Below are positions 61,101 through 64,000 of a DNA stretch of 64,000 nucleotides, piece by piece. Every line of letters starts with the position of its first letter. Position 1 is the first letter of the stretch. The position numbers and the translations under genes were made by a program. This DNA comes from Tubiluchus corallicola (taxonomy: Eukaryota; Animalia; Priapulida): assembly GCA_030141605.1 (NCBI GenBank), contig JAQGDQ010000030.1, positions 417,171 to 481,170 on the forward strand. Reading direction: 5' to 3'. The notes below the pieces were generated by a model. That model saw only the letters and a list, made by a program, of their open reading frames with translations. It was not told the origin of the DNA and did no database searches.

Positions 61101-64000
61101 AAGACTACAGCTGAGTTCCTTTATTTTGGCAGTTTTAAGAAACATTTCATATCTTGTTGATGCTTTCCCTTCGTAGCTTGCAAACTCCTTGGCATGTGGC
61201 TAAGTATAGGATAATTTTACGTACACAGGCGGAAAAAATAATAGGACTTTTTAACATAGAATTACCATAAACATAGAATTATCAAAATTTGGCATTTAGA
61301 TATACCACCTTCAAAACAATTTATTGCCGACTGGTTTCGAACATGTTATTGTTTATTTTTAAAGCGTCTTAATTACAAAAAAATCACTAGCTTGTAGAAA
61401 CAACTTGAAGGGTAAGTTTCTTTTGGTAGTAGCTAAACATTGTTTGATATATACAGATAATTATAGCGCTTTACCTTAATAGACGGCATAATAAGTCAAA
61501 TCAACTTTTTAACAATCTCTAGGGAATTGGTAGTGCTTCCTGGATTCGTAAACTCTTCAGAGGTACTTTGATGTAGTTGTGTGAACTGACATTGAAGATA
61601 TCTTATTAGAAAACTATATATTGTTAAACAGTAAAATTAGCAATTTGTGGCGCTTGTAATTTTAAATTCGACTGTATTTTTCTCTTAGCTTTTGTGAGCA
61701 AGTTTGGTGAAATAATTAAAATTTCAAACGAATTGAAAATGATGATCTTGGTTTTGTGAAGTTGTTTTTTTTGCTTTAGGTGTTGTGCCTGCTGTACAAT
61801 CACAAGTGGTAGAAAATCGGCTGCAATCAGGGCTGAAGGTTACTTCGGTTGGTACGAATCATCAACCAAACACTGTACCGTTAACTCCTTCAAACATTAA
61901 CATTAGTAATCGTACTATGGAAGCTAATACCAAATCTCCTAAAAAACCAAGGAGTCGATCACCACGGTCTCGTGCTTCTGCTTCTGTTCTGCAGAATGTT
62001 CCATCAAGACTGGAAATTGCCAACATGCCAATTGACGTTACTACCCCAGCAAATGTTCCTGCTTTGGGTCTAACTAACCTTAATGTTGGTGAAAATGTTA
62101 CATTAATAGGAGGAGCAAGTAACAATCTTTTAACAAACAGTGTTTTAACAACTAGTATTTCAACGGCATACGTAGGAAATTATTTGAGTAATCCAGTTAA
62201 CTTAAACTCTGGTGATGCCATCACTCACCGAGTATCACCGACTAATGCGTTCTTGGCATCTGTGCCTCAGCAACTAGCTGTTCCTACTCAGAATTTTATT
62301 GCTGTTCAACCCCATTTGTCACAACCCATGAATCTCATTCAGACCACAAGCACAGCAACTGTTGCTAGCCACTATATTCCAGAAACTGTTATGACAATGG
62401 CGCCTCAGATGATGGCTCCCACTTCTTCCTCTAGTGGATTTAAAACACCAATTAAGAATTATTCAAAGGTTAGCAAAGAAAGTCTGGGCACAGCTCAGCC
62501 ATTACTACAAGAGAATCTTGGTATTTATACAGTTGCGCCTCAAATGTTGCAGAATGTTTGTATAGTAACAAATGCACCTTCATTGTTGTCAAGTAGCTTA
62601 ACATCAGCTTTGCCACATAGTGGTTTGGTTTCAGTGGCAACTGTAACACCAGTGCAGAACATTCGCAGTGAAACTATGCAAACACAACACTCTAGGCTCC
62701 ATAAATTATCAGCAAATGTACCTACATTGGTGCAACAAGATACACATCCTGCTTCTGCTGCACCACCCCAAGAGGAAGCTGTGTGCTTGCTGTCCCCTGT
62801 TGCACGACAAACTAAGTACACACAGCGACAGCAGCAAGCAAGTAATCTGCAGCCCAGCCAAAAATCTCCCTCCTTTCCCTCTTTAACCATATGTGGTGAA
62901 AAACCACCAAGTGCTGCTTCAATTACTGGAGTCATCGATGGTCAAGCCGCGCCAATGGTCACCATAGATGTTAAAGTTGGACACAGCAGACGTCCAGATG
63001 GTTATTTTCCAGTAAAAGTGATAGTTTGTTCAAAGAAACAAATGGCTGTTGGAGATAATTCACATAATCAACCCGTCACTTCAAATAGCAAAACTACATG
63101 TGTAAGTGCTGGCAAACCATTAGAGACACCACCCCAGATAGAGCAGTCTGTCACAGAAGCTTTTATGCATCTTGACGAAGGTCCAGTTAGCATTGATACT
63201 CTGGCAAAAACAGCGGCTTCCCCTGAAGTTAATCTTGAAGATGCCGATTTGATAGACATAACAGAAAAACTGTGCAATAGTAACATTTGCTTTGATAAAG
63301 CTCGTTTTAGTGCATTTGACTTTGATGATGCAAGTCGAGATTTCAAGAAACTTCACCTGGATAGTGAGGATGATAACTTAAGCAAAGTAATTAGTGACAT
63401 TTTATTTGAGTTGATAGATTCTGTTTCGTTAAAAGAATTGCAACAAGAACAGAATATGCACATCACAAATGAATATAACAAAGATGGCAAACCAGTGAAT
63501 AACAATTTAATTGCAATGTCTAATGAGCCGGCAAAACTACCTGATAACAAAGTAAAGAATGTGCATGATCACTTAATCAGTATTACCGCATCACAAAAAG
63601 TTGATGTGGAGGAAGAGAACTGTGTGTTTGATACACTTAATGAACTGCTAGGCACTGTTGAGAGAGTTTTGTGCCTGCCAGAAACCTTAGTTAGTGTTCC
63701 GGTATCTAAATCAGAGGAAATGGACAATTCGCTGCATTTTGCTTGTGAACCAGACACTATGATTATGAAGGATGTTTCGTCTTTGGCAACTCAGAGTGCT
63801 ACAGCCATTGACATACAAACTAGGAATGGTGAAATCACAGGTGAGACTCGTACAGGTACTGAAAATGCAAAGCTTGGATTTCCTCGAATTCACACTTACG
63901 AGGAAAGGCAAGAATGTACACTACTGGTGAAAGAACCTTCTGATGTTTCATACATTAACTGGTATGACGTTCTTGAAAAGCTGCACACTGTAAAAGGTAC
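49141..64000 (+). CDS. Large protein with ZNF292/RLF/ZNF654-like N-terminal helical domain followed by a long S/T/P-rich low-complexity region; 3'-incomplete; exons 49141-49179, 54287-54427, 54877-55017, 57418-57605, 59589-60541, 61780->64000
   Basis: Phase-consistent GT-AG exons (MAPVEDLDFEHYL-TNEVEC...-KLIDLW...-LGSKESL...FAK-QCWLTSYFVKPDEAKLRNLEKVY...). Blocks QCWLTSYFVKP...Y and PQCVDPLLPWSQLRQMC resemble the recalled ZNF292 blocks ACQLTEFLIEP...Y and WPFDPEFWDWKTLKRQC. The last exon appears open to the window end. Gene existence is secure; family assignment and exon 1 are moderate. Confidence 0.75.
50310..50530 (-). mobile_element. CR1 LINE 3' remnant
   Basis: Minus strand RRGDLIEVLKF...FTNRTVCLWNSLPKYIVLAPSTYAFK. 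Confidence 0.65.
56045..56782. mobile_element. Tigger-like MITE
   Basis: TA|CAGTAAGTCCTCGCTTAAC ... GTTAAGTGAGGACTTACTA|TA. Confidence 0.8.
57897..58444. repeat. Long imperfect palindrome (foldback-like), ~265-bp arms with a ~17-nt loop
   Basis: gagcatgctcttccagtcaacaagactgtaac pairs with gttacagtcttgttgacttggaagagcatgctc; gatgaaagttctatattaaccaa pairs with ttggttaatatagaactttcatc; ccttctcatttgaaaa pairs with ttttcaaatgagaagg. Confidence 0.93.
58492..59369. mobile_element. Tigger-like MITE
   Basis: TA|CAGTAGGCATCGTTTA ... TTAAGCGGTGCCTACTG|TA; a second partial copy lies at 35300-35477. Confidence 0.8.

Noticed and set aside
60054-63911. Several minus-strand ORFs over the last gene
   Set aside because: Antisense shadows of the long plus-strand coding exons.

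Overview
AT-rich metazoan (invertebrate bilaterian-like) genomic DNA, not prokaryotic. The first ~13 kb has no recognisable gene and consists of microsatellites, degenerate tandem repeats and small mobile-element remnants. A compact cluster of five protein-coding genes follows, with exon structures reconstructed by hand and splice phases checked: ORMDL (+, 4 coding exons, 152 aa); PPIE/Cyp33 (+, 8 exons, 308 aa, one clear U12 minor-spliceosome intron); parkin (-, intronless 423-aa CDS); TIM17 (+, 6 exons, 181 aa, head-to-head with parkin); and the 5' part of a large gene with a ZNF292/RLF/ZNF654-like N-terminal domain, truncated by the window end. TIM17 intron 1 holds a non-autonomous Gypsy-type LTR element (tRNA-Leu PBS, PPT, ATAT TSD) with a LINE fragment inserted in its 3' LTR, plus a DD35D pogo (Passer-type) transposon. 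The most notable signals are the parkin lacking the autoinhibitory REP tryptophan and carrying Thr at the Ser65 site, its shared promoter region with TIM17, the U12 intron, and a ~550 bp intronic palindrome. All homology calls come from recalled family motifs; no searches were run.
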